Assembly: GCA_973895155.1 (NCBI GenBank)
Contig: OZ316897.1
Span: 10,129,832 to 10,193,831 of the forward strand
Direction: 5' to 3'
DNA: 64,000 nt
Origin: Marsupella aquatica
Taxonomy: Eukaryota > Plantae > Marchantiophyta
Shown: positions 1 through 12,012 of the stretch, one piece after another
Numbering within the stretch: the stretch's first letter is position 1
Layout: each line of letters begins with the position of its first letter
Notes under the pieces: generated by a model
What the model was told of the DNA's origin: nothing
Database searches by the model: none
What the model saw: the letters and a program-made list of their open reading frames with translations, nothing else
Program-made: the position numbers and the translations under genes

Positions 1-581
1 TGGAGCCAACAATCCCCAAACCAGGTTGACACTCCGTACACGTAGCCGAACCTAATTACAACAGTCTACCTGCGATCTATCATGGGGTACAGATTTACAG
101 CGCTAGACACCGGTAACTAGTGCCACCGCAACAGACACTCGTGGTCCAGGGTTTTTAAATCTAGTCAAACTAAGATACAATAGATAAGTTTTATGAAAGT
201 GAGATGCTGCAAAACGGAGGAATCTGTGCAGTTAGCATTGCCCATCTCACGAGAAGGAGAGATAATTGAAGGGCGGTGCCATATTAGTTAAACAGAGAAA
301 GTATGCAAAGGCAGAGCAATCCACTAGAGCCAATGGAATAGGGTAATGGCTCTTACGGCCTTTTTTAGACATTTGATGATCAACCATCAACAAGCGAGTT
401 CATTCTCCTTCCCGTGCCCCTTTGGGAGTCAGTTGCCTTCAAATTCATTCAATGCGAACATCTCTCTTACTCAGAGGCATTTTCCTACTGCAGCTCTGAG
501 CCTAAGCAGTGGGACTTCTGAAGGTATTCTTTCAATAAGCTTACAGTCTAGGAGCGTATAAAATAGTCAGTCCGGACATAC

Positions 582-775
582 CTGACACTTAAATCGTACA
601 CAGCCTTCTTCAAGCCACGATTTTCCTTTTCCAGCTGGTCCAGTCGTTGCTTCAACTGCTTATTTTCTTTGAGCACCAAATCCAAATTACTCTTGTAATA
701 TGCTTCAGATCCCGAAGCCTTCACACTCTGCGGTGCACTTGAGAGGGAAAGCCTGGAGGCGGACGGCGAGGCCAT
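582..775 (-). CDS. First coding exon of a multi-exon host gene; N-terminal coiled-coil segment (downstream exons not resolved)
   Basis: ATG at 775. Heptad-like peptide YYKSNLDLVLKENKQLKQRLDQLEKENRGLKKAVYDLS, followed by a canonical donor CAG|GTATGT at 582/581. Confidence 0.7.
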
Positions 776-816
776 CTCCCTCTAGCTCTCTTCTTCGGTG
801 CACAATCAAGCTTGAG

Positions 817-978
817 GATCAAAATTCTTCAACTCATTGAGGAGCAGGACGACCCACAAGTCTCCATCTCTTCTGATTTATAAAACTTCGGCGCAGAGAT
901 CAAAATTCTTCAACTCATTGAGCAGCAGGACGACCCACAAGTCTCCGTCTCTTCTGAGCTATGAAACTTCGGCACAGA
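817..978. repeat. Tandem duplication, 2 x ~81 bp, just upstream of the minus-strand gene
   Basis: gatcaaaattcttcaactcattgag...acttcggc(g/a)caga starts at 817 and again at 898. Confidence 0.9.
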
Positions 979-1673
979 GGGCCATCCCATCACTTCCGCA
1001 TGACACTGCTTTCCTCTCCAATCACCCGCATCTCACTCAATGTCCTATCCGTTCCACTAGTCGAATTCACGCTTACTCAATTCCTCCACCTGCACTTTTC
1101 GAAGTTCTTGCATGAGTTGAGATAATCATCTACCAAGATCAGCTCATGGATTCCGAAGAATGTAAAGAAAAAATTCAGTCAGGAGAGGCAGACTCGACCT
1201 CCCGACTCCTCACCGCTCCATCCATCCCTCAATTCATCGCTAATATTCTTCACGAGAGCTCACCAACGTCGTAAGCTCCCACAGTCCCACCCATTCCATC
1301 CCTTGCACGAACGAAGTGGCGCCCTCATTTACGTCCATGCGTATGCAAATGATGAAAGATATGATGAAAAGATAAATGGAGGCGATCAGAAAAGAGAAAT
1401 GATTCCATGCGGGTCATTGTCTAAAATCAGCAAGGTGCACTCATTGAATCGGAATTGCTATGATCAAATATTCCTGCCGATGTCGTCTGTCGATGAGTGA
1501 ATTGGTACGCTATTAATTCGTTCGATTTCTGCACTCAAGCACTCAAGCTAGACACTCCACTAGCTCCTAGTAGTGTACTCCTACGCCCCCATCTACTACT
1601 GCCTTAAAGTTATTATAACATTAAAGCACGAGAGTCAAGATCGAGGCAGAGAGAGGGAAGATCGAGGCATATT

Positions 1674-1894
1674 AATGACTCCATCCCCTTTTTTTTCCTT
1701 TTTCTTTAATATTCCAAAGTTTTATTTCAAAAACAGAAATTAGTTCGTGGACCCCATGTGTTTTGAATTGAATGAGATTGAAAAATGACTCCATCCCCTT
1801 TTTTTTGCCTTTTCCTTTAATATTCCAAAGCTTTATTTCAAAAATAGAAATTAGTTCGTGTACCCTATTGTTTTGAATTGAATGAGATTGAAAA
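1674..1894. repeat. Tandem duplication, 2 x ~110 bp
   Basis: aatgactccatcccctttt...gaattgaatgagattgaaaa occurs twice in tandem. Confidence 0.9.
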
Positions 1895-1989
1895 GTAGAT
1901 AGTTATTGATATAATAAAATTATGTGCTAAAAATTAGATAGTTATTGATATAGATAAATGTGTTATACAGTATGACCAATAGAGATTCG

Positions 1990-2467
1990 AACGGATATCT
2001 GGTTTTACCAAAGTGGCCGACCCTCAAGCGGCTCATTCTCCACGTTATAGTGACAAACATGGACACAAGTTTAGGTCTACTTCGAGCGTTGATAAAGGCG
2101 ATGCCCACACTCACAGAGGGGTATGTTCATGAAAGCAGTAGGGTCGACACTGGAGAGTTCTGCCAACATCTGAAGCCGTTTTTCTCTCCAATGCCTGAGC
2201 TGAAATTTGACGGTTGGAAGAAGGGCTTGAAGTTTGGCTGCTTCAGCTTCTAGTTCTCTCAGGAGATTACTCATCTTCTAGCTAATCTGGTAACAAACAT
2301 TTCACCCGTGAAGTTCTTTGGAGGCCTCGCAAGTTTTCTTGAATGTCAATTGGCCGGAAATGCCATCGGTTGAAGCTGCTCAAACAGACTCAACGTCACT
2401 ATACGGTGCCTTTAGCGTTACTTGTTCCTAGGGATGACCGTAATCTTGCAGAGTTGTAACATTCGAG
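1990..2467 (+). pseudogene. Degenerate LRR-like (F-box/LRR-type) gene fragment
   Basis: Recurring LRR-like motifs PKWPTLKRLIL, AMPTLTE, NWPEMPS, RNLAEL across frames, with stops and frameshifts. Confidence 0.3.
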
Positions 2468-3104
2468 GTATCAATTGTATGGCGCTTTGTCCCCAATGAG
2501 GCAAATTTGTTTTCAGTGTCATTTTGCATAGTGATTTTCCTAAGACTGGCACCCATAATGTGGATGAAGCACTTCTAGAGCATTTCTTCAATTTATGCAA
2601 CTGGCGAAGAAATTTGGCCAAACTAAGGTTTGTGGGGACAAGAATTTATTAATGTAGTTCGAAAGCTCTACGTATGAAATCAGAGTGCAAATGTTTATCT
2701 AGGTTAATTGTGTATAAAATCAACGGAGCGTGTGTTGTATTAAGAGATCTCTTAAGTTCACTGTGGGCCTCATGACCTCGACGTCCAAGTTGTGAGATTC
2801 ACATAAAGGGAGAAATTGGAACCCTTCCAAACTTCAAACTAAAATAGAAAGAAGCAATCATATTGTTGTGATCTACCTACTTAGATTGCAATTGTGGTGG
2901 TTCGATAGCTTTCTTGCTTGCCTTCTGTCGCACTGTCCACGAGCATGCGTCATAAGCTACCATTAATACTTTGCAGGTTCAACAGTAATCAGCGACCTCT
3001 GCTTGAGCAGCTTCTACAATCGGAATTGAGGCAACTATGCATGTAACCACCACTCGTTTGTCGTTGTCTTTCTAGCCAACTTTCCTAGGCATTTAGATCT
3101 TATA

Positions 3105-3378
3105 ATGAGCACCACCGGAGGGAGACATTTTTGAGTCTTCGTTGAATTTGGAAGAATCGCATTACCAATTGGGATTTGATGAGGGGTTCAAGGATGGTGT
3201 CGAGGCTGGCAAGGTGGACGGGAGAGAAGTAGGGTTGAAGAACGGATTTCAGGTGGGCTGTTGTGGCCATTGACTCAAGTGCTTTCTTGCCTAGGGCTCA
3301 ACAAAGCATAAAGCAGTTCGAAGAGAAGTTGCTAGGATACCCTTTGTGTGATCCGGAGGACAAGCGAGTGCAAGATAT
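3105..3378 (+). pseudogene. LTO1: LTO1/ORAOV1 (Yae1-domain) pseudogene fragment
   Basis: GDIFESSLNLEESHYQLGFDEGFKDGVEAGKVDGREVGLKNGFQVG (deca-GX3 motif), then in another frame IDSSAFLPRAQQSIKQFEEKLLGYPLCDPEDKRVQD. Frameshift right after the ATG, internal deletion, 3' truncation. Confidence 0.85.
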
Positions 3379-3619
3379 ATAATTAATTACTTAATTGAAC
3401 CAGAGTGTGGGCAGTCGGTTATTTGGGGTTAAAAAAGTGGTTACGAGTCTATGATTACTTCAACATGATTTTGTTACCTAGAGTAAATAAAATGGTTACT
3501 TTTAAAATAGTTTTACATCAAGTTTTATGGCACGGCGTCCTTGATTTTACCAAAATCATGCCACAAACATGAATGTTGAAGCAAATTTTGTTTTGTAAAC
3601 CAATATGTACTTGTTTGCA

Positions 3620-5332
3620 ACACATCTCGATGATGTGGCGCGCTGTGGTGCTAGGAAGTTTGGAAGGGACCTCCGTAAATAGCCCCAAGAAACCCCACCC
3701 CAAGGACCAGCCTAGGAGCAAAGGGACTAAACCCAGAAGCAAAGCAAAAGAACACCGGCACAGGCAGTAGCAACACCAAGACCCAAGAAAACAAAGCTCC
3801 TTGGCCCCTAGGTCAAGACTTTTGGTAGGGAATGAGTCCTAGTTAACCATTTGCTAATGGCTAAAAAATGAATTCATCTACAATCCCACATCCAGTGCAC
3901 AAAATGGCAGTCCCACTAGATTGGCCTAGGGTGAGAGAAAGAAAAGTCTCTAGGATTAAATAATCCCACCTGGTGTGTAAATTTCTGCACGTAATAGACA
4001 TAGACCTTCTCTTACCTGGTTGCTTTACAATTGTGATTGGAACAGAAGGTACTGCCACTGCAATCATGCCAACCTCTGCCCAGCTAAGGGGAGGTGGGTC
4101 AGACCTTTCAAATCCTTCAAATCCTCCATATCCTAGTTTGTTCTTGCACGGTTGTTGGTTAAAGTGTTGTTGTGTCGGTCCATGGCTCTAGTCACCATGG
4201 TAGCAAGTCCATCTTGGGCCTTAGTGATAGCAAGTTTTGTTTTGGGAGTCTTTGTCTGTTGCCTCGTCTGCTGTAGAAGAATGTCAACATGCAGCATGGC
4301 GCTATTGAGAATGAGATGCAAAGGTAATCTAGCAGATCGAGGGGACATTGAAAAATTTGGGGCATCTTTCAAGCCAAAGAGTATTAAGCATTTCAACCAG
4401 CAAAAGCATGTGCCCTGGATTCTCTTCTAGGTCTGGATGGCAGTGTCAATCTTACCAAAAAGTGAGAAACCAGCAGCTTTATCAAAAATTGTACTGTGGG
4501 CAACATGTTCAAGGAAGGCCCGCCTTTGAGTGATCGTCGGGCAGTCTTTGAACATGTGAGCAGAACTCCAATCTCATACAACTACAATTGGAATGTTCAA
4601 TGGCCATTATTGAAGCCCCACTTTAGAGCGCGAGAATGAATGAAAAAGCCAGAGTGTAAAACTTTCCAAATAATAAGCATAGCTTTAGGTGCACTCCAGC
4701 CTCTCCACAAGTGTTTCCATCGTTGGTGCCACATTGTGGTGGTGTCAAGCAAGTGCCATTGGCGACTGAGATTGAGGATTGGCATGTTGCAGTCTCTATT
4801 CATGTTGGCCCAAATATGTGTGGGGAGATTCCAGCCATGTTGTTCACTGTTGCCCGACTCCCAATTCCACCCTATTTTTTCCTTGGCTCACATTGAGGAT
4901 ATTCAACAAGTTATTCAAGGCAAGCATCTCCCTTGGCCTGGTTGTCCTAAGCTTATGTTATCTTGCATCTCAGCCACAATCTTCCACTGGCCAACATGTC
5001 TTCTGATCAGGATGCATGTCATTTATAGTTTTCACCTAACCTCCAATTCGCAAGACTCTTCAACTGCTTGTAGTTGTCTTGGCTTGAAAGTTGTAGTTGT
5101 CTTGTCTTGAAAGTTGTAGTTGCTTGTCAAGAAGATGCAAGAGTTGGTCAATTGAGAGAGATTGAGGCAATGTACTGGCTGAGGGTATGAACATCAGATT
5201 ACTACAAGCTCTATCCCATCCGTTTGGCAAATAGTTCAACATGGGGGCATTGGGGATTCAAATTCCCAGGTCAAGCAGCAAAGCAACATCCACATTCCAC
5301 CTTCTTCTCTCCTCGTGGGGCCCAAGGCTGAG
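3620..5332 (-). mobile_element. Highly degenerate element remnant, possibly LINE ORF1
   Basis: Broken minus-strand peptides (WKVLHSGFF, NMLPTVQF). The LPTVQF block resembles LPTIQF at ~53860. Boundaries approximate. Confidence 0.3.
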
Positions 5333-7855
5333 CGTCCACCTGATTAGAGCATGTGAACTTTTTGTGCTTTTAGGGACTTGGTCATAACATTGTATTTTCA
5401 TAGGTTGGTTCAATCTCTCTTAACCCTATTCAATTTTCATTTAAATACCAAATTACACTAAGTTATTCTTATTTAAAACACTAAGCCATCACTTTTGTTC
5501 ATTTACAATTTATTGTATTTGTGATCAGGCTCATACATAACTTTCAACTAAATTCAACGCATCATTTTTATCTCCACAACATACAACTAAGCATTTTCAC
5601 CACAACAACATCTCATCGATCATTTCCATCACAACAAAATAGTCCAAACTCATCATTTATTTCTTTTATTCTCAAAAGAAGAAGTTTTGGTTCGGGTTTA
5701 CAAAAATGTTTATTCGGTTGCTCATCCTCTAACTCAGGTCTCCATACTAAACTCAGTTCAGGTCAACAAGTTAGGTCTTGGTCTCAAGCTCGTCAATGGT
5801 TTCCCCCAAGCATTTTGAACACAACTTCAGTCTCCGGCGAGCTTCCTTCATGTCCTCGTTCTTCTTGCACTCTTCCTCTTGACCCTTCTTCCTCCTCTCC
5901 TCAAGCTTCCAGTCCCACAACAAAAAAACCTACGGCCGGTAACCTCAAACCCCATGGCAGCGGACAATCCATAGTCTAGAAATGGACCCAATCACCGGGT
6001 TCCATTCATCAAATGAAGTCAATTTCCTTATTTCAAACTCTCTACAAAAGCTCCACAACATCAGAGCCATAGTGGTCCGGGTGATCCATAACTCTAGATG
6101 GAATTTCTTAATTAATTCCATAAACGGCTCATTTTTTCCCTCCTTGTAGCACCTTAAAGTCAAAATCAGTAAAAGGATAAAGCTTATGAAATGCCACTTT
6201 TTAAGCTCCTTTCCTTGTTTTCTGTCTTTACAATCCACTTCTTAGAGCTTTCGTTCCTTTGTGTTCAATCTTTTAGCTTCTGAACCTTAGCCTTATCCAG
6301 TTCTCTTTTCCAGGCTTGATTTCATGCCCACTCTTTTCCTGAAATTACTTTATTGTATTCAGCCAGCTTCTTTTTGGATGTCCCAACACAGTCTTACTTC
6401 CCTTCACCTAGCTTCAATTATTTTTCTTTGGAAGCTTTCAGGTAATAACAAAGACCCTCTTAGCACCTTCGCTCTTCATTCATTAATCGTCCTCATCAGG
6501 GACCTTATCCTCACTTGATTTGCACGCTGTTGAAATGTCACTGTCTCTGCTCCCCAACTTCTTCCCTTCTTACAAAATGATCTTGATCACCACTCTTCCA
6601 CTTTATCACAACCTTTGACACCCAAAGTTCATTCTTGAAATCAGCCGATCCACACCTCAAGCTTAGCACCACTCTTATTCACTGTCATTTCTTCTTGCAG
6701 CTTAATCAACAGCGGCGCCTCTTGACCCAAAACTTCAGACATCGAAGAGTAATGCAAAAATGCTGGATGTTTGGAACCAATCGTAATATCTGATCTGTTA
6801 CTCTGCGATCATTTATCCCCCAAACACTCTGTCCATCCACATTTCTCAATACTGACTCTCGCGAAATATCCAAATCTTCAGAAATATCCCACAAAAGCAA
6901 GCCTCGCACACACAAGATCAATTGATATGTTGTTAAACTTGAACTTCATCACTAGTACATGTGCATCCAGCACAAGATGCAGCTCTGTGACTCCTGGGAT
7001 GTCTACAAGGATTTGATGCAACTCTTCGAAGAAGTCCACCTCCCGCGAGCTGCTCACTTAACTCTCCCTGCCTTCATCACAGCTCTCAAGTTCCATTCCA
7101 TCTCTTCCACAACAATTCCTATTCAGCCTCCCGATTCTTGTCCGCTCCTTTCCTTCTATTCACTCCAATACTCACCATCGTTCTCCTTACATTCCCTCTT
7201 TTTTGCTGAAGTTCCGTTTTGAACAGTTGAAAGCTCTTTGGCTGTCTTCTTGCTCAACGTTCCTCTTGGCTTACTCTCCGTTACCGCCACTCTCTCCCTC
7301 AATTCCCTTGTTCATTTGAAGGCTCTCCACTGATCGCACATACCACACTTCACTCTCAGTCCATCAATTTTCCACTCAGCTCTTGCCTGGCTCTTCCCTT
7401 CTGCTATCGTAACTCCCTATCAATTCAATTCTTCCCTCAATGGCTCTCCTGCTCGATGCGCATACTCACATACCTCAATTTCTCTTCCTCCCTGGATCAC
7501 TTGAATTCACATCATTGCCCACCTCCATTCCCGTTCGCATCCCTTTTCTCGCTTCCTCCTTCCTGTCAACTCCTTCCCGAGAATCCCCTAATGTCCTTCG
7601 CGCCTCCAAGTGCCATCTCCAACATGCCCTTATGAATTCAAATCCTCCCAGGCCGCCACATGTCACTTCCACAATAAATGCCTCAAATTCCTTAAGCCTA
7701 AGCTTCAACTTTCACTTATTTTTATTCCTCTTTTGTCTTATTAACCTTTTTCCACTACAACAAAAGTCACACCCAAATTGCATTCCTTCACCAAATACCT
7801 CCAACTCAAAATTAAGGCCTTCACTTCCCCTTCTCTATTATCCATCCCGACGACA
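5333..7855 (-). mobile_element. Solo-LTR-like repeat, family copy A (~2.5 kb)
   Basis: Both ends align with 25181-26754 (ttagggacttgg..., aaactcagttcaggtca, ggccttcacttccc...cgacgaca). Minus strand starts TGTCGTCGGG. No TSD match. Confidence 0.75.
6712..7053 (-). pseudogene. PAPS: Nuclear poly(A) polymerase fragment embedded in solo LTR A
   Basis: REVDFFEELHQILVDIPGVTELHLVLDAHVLVMKFKFNNISIDL / LWDISEDLDISRESVLRNVDGQSVWGINDRRVTDQILRLVPNIQHFCITLRCLKFWVKRR matches the canonical PAP catalytic region. One frameshift. Confidence 0.9.
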
Positions 7856-9189
7856 GCGGGTGCTATACATGTATTCAGGTGCTTGTTGTTTGCTTTGAGG
7901 TTGTGTGATCATTGTTGCAATGGGTACACATAGGTCCTTTCCATCTGCTAGATCCATTTGGAGCGCTACAAATTAAGGGATTGCATGGTGCCTGTAGGAA
8001 TGGCACTTTCTCGAGTAGGAGTCTGGAGTTTGGAGTTTGGTATGGTATCCAATAGGGTGTTTTGGGACGATAGTGAAACCTGATGTGTCTATGATGCCTT
8101 CCTTGGTGGGTAGTACAGGTACTTGTACTCTCATTTGCCATGACACTAGTCTCCAAATTGCCAATTGGAGCAGTACGTCCCCTTCATTGTTCTCCCATTG
8201 CCCGTGTTTGTATTGCCTGTAATCGCCTGTGCCCGTATTACAAACATTGAAATTGTGTCTACGCCTCAGCACCCCTATAGCATAGGGGTTGATGACTATT
8301 TTGAATTAGAACTACAAATTCAAAAAATGAGGATTCACAAGCAATGGATCTCTGAGTCCATCGATTCCTCTGTTCTTTTGCATTTTTGCATAGAGAACCA
8401 ACTGAATGTGATGCTTTGCCCAAACAATTCCTTGAGTGGCAGTAGGGAGTTTCCTTATCGTCATCAAATCAAACTGAGATTGACATTCTTATCATATCCA
8501 TGCTTGCTTGCACCATTCAATCTGCTACATTCCTACTTGGAGTTGCAGCCGACCTCAAGAAGTGCTTCCAAAAAAACTAGAAGTGTGACAACATTCAATA
8601 TCCTCCTCCTAGCAAATTTGATGGCAGCGCCTTGCAATGGGTCAGGACTAGGGGTGACATACTCTGCTTGGATTCCCAGAGATTGGCTCAATGATTTCAT
8701 GTGCAAGTTCATGTGGGGAGGGAAGTGAGGAAAACCTTCCACACACAATTTATAGTAAGAAGATCAACAGACCATAAGATTAATCAATCAGGGCAACTTG
8801 AAAAGATTGTTTCTAGACCCATTTCCGGTATAACTACTACTACTTTGGGCCAGAAGACAAGCGACATTGAAAGAATGTCATGGCAACATATTTCTTAAGA
8901 AACTGATCAAAAGAAAGGGGCGTCTACCCTTGAAACTCAGGTTCTGTTAATTTTTGACAGTTGTAAGCACGGACAGCATGAAGGACAAATATTTTGCCAT
9001 ACTTTGCTTCAAGTATGAGGGTTGGGTGAATAATGCCTGACAGAATAGTGTATTTGATTTTGCTTGTGAGGTTTTGTCCAACTGAATCCTATCAAATTGG
9101 TTTTTAACCATCCATATTCCTATGAGGGCACTCCATCAAGCGTGGTTGTTGGTGCAACTTCATTGCAACCCATTTTGTGCAGCATAAGG

Positions 9190-10460
9190 ATGCTATTAAT
9201 ACTCTTGCATTGGTTACATAGGAACCACAATGACACGAATAGCAAAGCTTGCCACGGGTTGAACGATACTACAACTTATGCATCAAAATGTCACATAGTT
9301 AAATGTATTTCTTTGAAAATGAGGGGGAAAATAGAGAGATATTTGAGAGATGGCATGTCACCAAAGGCTATCATACGGGTACAATTTGATGAGGTTGGTG
9401 TCAAATGGCAAAAAGAGCACCTGGATTTGGATGCAAACAAGATCTTTAATAGAGATATATGTAGCTAACACCAAAAGATATATGGATATCCAATGAGGGA
9501 AACAATGCATCAGAGGCAACCATTTTACACAACCAACAATGCAACTAGAGTTCAGAATTGGGTCCATCAAAATGATTCAAATGTCATCACCAGCCCCAAT
9601 TAAAAATCAAGGGCCAACTATTCATATTAGCCTGGTTCACAAATGGCAAATGAAAGCAACTTGACATATATTTTGCTAGGACATGATGGTGTAGTGGGGT
9701 TTGATGCAACATTCAATTGGTACTAATCACTTTTGGGTACATGTATGATCCAGAAGTTGCACCTATTAATTCCAACATTCATGTGACCATTAACTTCTCA
9801 TCAGCATAATGTTTGATTGATGTGGTGTGGTTCATTGCTTTTGTATAGTTTCCTCTTTATATCATACTAGTGATGTTCAAAAAATTTCATAATGCAATCT
9901 CGGTTTTATTTGCGGTCCTTCAAACCTATAAGGTAGTGCAAGTCATGAAGGTATTGTTAGCATTCAAAAAAGCTACAGATGGCAAGAGAAGAAATGGGCA
10001 AGCGTAGCTTCTGGAAGCTTAATTGTTGCAGATGAGAAGCACACTGTCATTAATTAGGTAATTGCATTTATTCATGCTTGGCTTTTGACTTGCCTGCATG
10101 CGTCTAAAATCATTGCATGACATGGAATGTCTTGTATAGCTTCACCTGCGTAACATCAGCTTCTTGCACCTTTGCAACACCATGTTCTCTCGTGTGTTCC
10201 TGAATATGCCCATTACATTTTGTAGGGAGGGCCTAGACAAAGATGTTGTGCCCCTTTGCAAAGGCTTATATCAACACATACCTTTGAGGCATTGATCATG
10301 CATTCTAATGGAAATGGTAAGTTTCGCAAATTTGCATTGTCATTGTTTCTATTTCACTTGATCCCTCACCTTAATTTCATGTCAATAACTTACTATGTCT
10401 TTCAAATGCAGAAGCTTGTTATCATAGTCATCCATCTCCAATGTGATAACAAACCTTAGG
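9190..10460 (+). pseudogene. Mutator-like (MULE/SWIM family) transposase pseudogene with intron-like gaps
   Basis: HRNHNDTNSKACHG...ISLKMRGKIERYLRDGMSPKAII, then RVQNWVHQN, HKWQMKA, GHDGVVGFDATF, GTNH, FPLY: the motif order of plant MULE DDE domains. Many disablements. Confidence 0.7.
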
Positions 10461-10629
10461 TTTGGAAGAAAACTTAAAACATGAGATTTGAAATAAGAAC
10501 ACCATCAAAACAATTAATAATAACACTCATGTACACCAAATCATAATAGTAGAAATCATGGAATTTATATGTTTAAAATAAATTCTAACAACTCTCTAAT
10601 TGCAAATAAATTTATCTTTATCACTAATG

Positions 10630-11500
10630 AAATTAATTTGTGGACCCCCATGTTTCTTTGCATAATTCTGGTGTTTTAATTTTTCAAGTTGCTTAGTGGA
10701 GTTTGTGAATTAACAAATTAATGCATCCAAGGAATGTGTTTCTCATGACCTCAAACTGGTTTTTTGGAGCATACAATTTGGTTTTGACATACAAAATAAT
10801 TATGTGTGAGAGAAAATTATATTTTTTATTTACGGAAAAAGTGTTTGGATACATTTTTCTGAAATCCAGACTGTGATCTATCTACCTATGCCTAAGATGC
10901 CACTCAGATGGCCTAGAATTTTGCTTTTGATAAAACTTCGTCAATAGTTGACATTGCTTTGTCAAAATACAACTATCGTCAACTATCATATTGTCGTCAT
11001 TGCTTGGAGTAAGGATGTCAGTAATTAGTCCGTCTTTGTTGCTTTTCTTCAGATGCTCGATCAACGTCTCTGCTTGTAGTCTCTTCAAGTTCACCAACAT
11101 ATCAACAAATATGAGATTATATACGTGCTTGAGTGTAGTGACTTCCATGATGTGAGCTCCCTTGTGTTCTGAATATACTCGTGCGTGAGCATCTATAATT
11201 GCACGTTTAGGTTGCAATGGAAATTAAGTTAATAAACATCATGCGATATGATTGGATTTGACATTTAAGCTTATTACCTATTGCTGGCCTATCATTGTAG
11301 AGGGCCCTCACATTGGCAAAAAAAAATTGAATTGCTGATTCATTAAATTTTGATTACAAGAGTTGGAGAAGGATTGGAGTGGTGTTATTGCCGTGATGTT
11401 AATTAGTTGTAGTGGCTGGTGTGGTTGCCTCTTGTGGATGCACCTAGGAGGATTTGCTGACCTTGCTCTACTTGCTGGTTCACATCTGCTCCACCACAAG
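10630..11500 (-). mobile_element. Dispersed repeat homologous to 31491-32780 (decayed TE-associated gene)
   Basis: KGAHIMEVTTLKHVYNLIFVDMLVNL..GLITDILTP vs KGAHLTQVTRLGPVFNMPIDMLVTL..GLITNVPTP. WWSRCEPASRAR vs WWSRCQPANRAR. Shared ggggtccac..atccaaggaatg distal block. Confidence 0.75.
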
Positions 11501-11791
11501 CAAGCAAAATATTCTAAAATCAGGTGATAAGATATTTCCAACAATGTGCATCAATGACTTGTTCTAACTCTACTCAACATGAAGTAGACAAGTCCAGGTG
11601 TGAATACATTATTTATGTCCAAGATGACCTTGCTGACTACTATGCATTCTTGGCTTTTTATGACCAGTAATTGTGTAGCCAAGCATCAAAGAAAACTATG
11701 GATTTTTGATAGGTCTTGAGCCTTGAGACAGATTTGTTTGTGTGGACTATGTTGTTGACTTTGATGAGGCGGTGGTTGGAAGTTAGTTATT

Positions 11792-12012
11792 AAGAAATAT
11801 GGCTACAAACCAAACCCCATCACCTACAACACAATTATTAATGCGTACATGAAAATGTCAGATAGGAGTCAACTTGATAAAGATACTTGAAATCTTTGAA
11901 AAATGCATAGAGAAGTGATTGATCAGATCAAATTAAGTTCAATTCCTTGATTGCTATGTGTAATCAAGGAAGTTTATGGGAAGAGTCTTACAGAGTATTT
12001 GCTAAAATCCAA
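11792..12012 (+). pseudogene. GUN1: P-type PPR gene fragment, GUN1-like
   Basis: KKYGYKPNPITYNTIINAY...LEIFEKMHRE...KFNSLIAMCNQGSLWEESYRVFAKIQ: about two PPR motifs resembling the GUN1 segment PNLVTYN..ITFNSLLAVCSRGGLWE. Frameshifted. Confidence 0.65.

Noticed and set aside
7845-7870. Helitron-type terminal hairpin for the A-D repeat family
   Set aside because: The apparent hairpins include flanking bases. TG...CA termini with 4-bp TSDs in copies B and C fit an LTR better.
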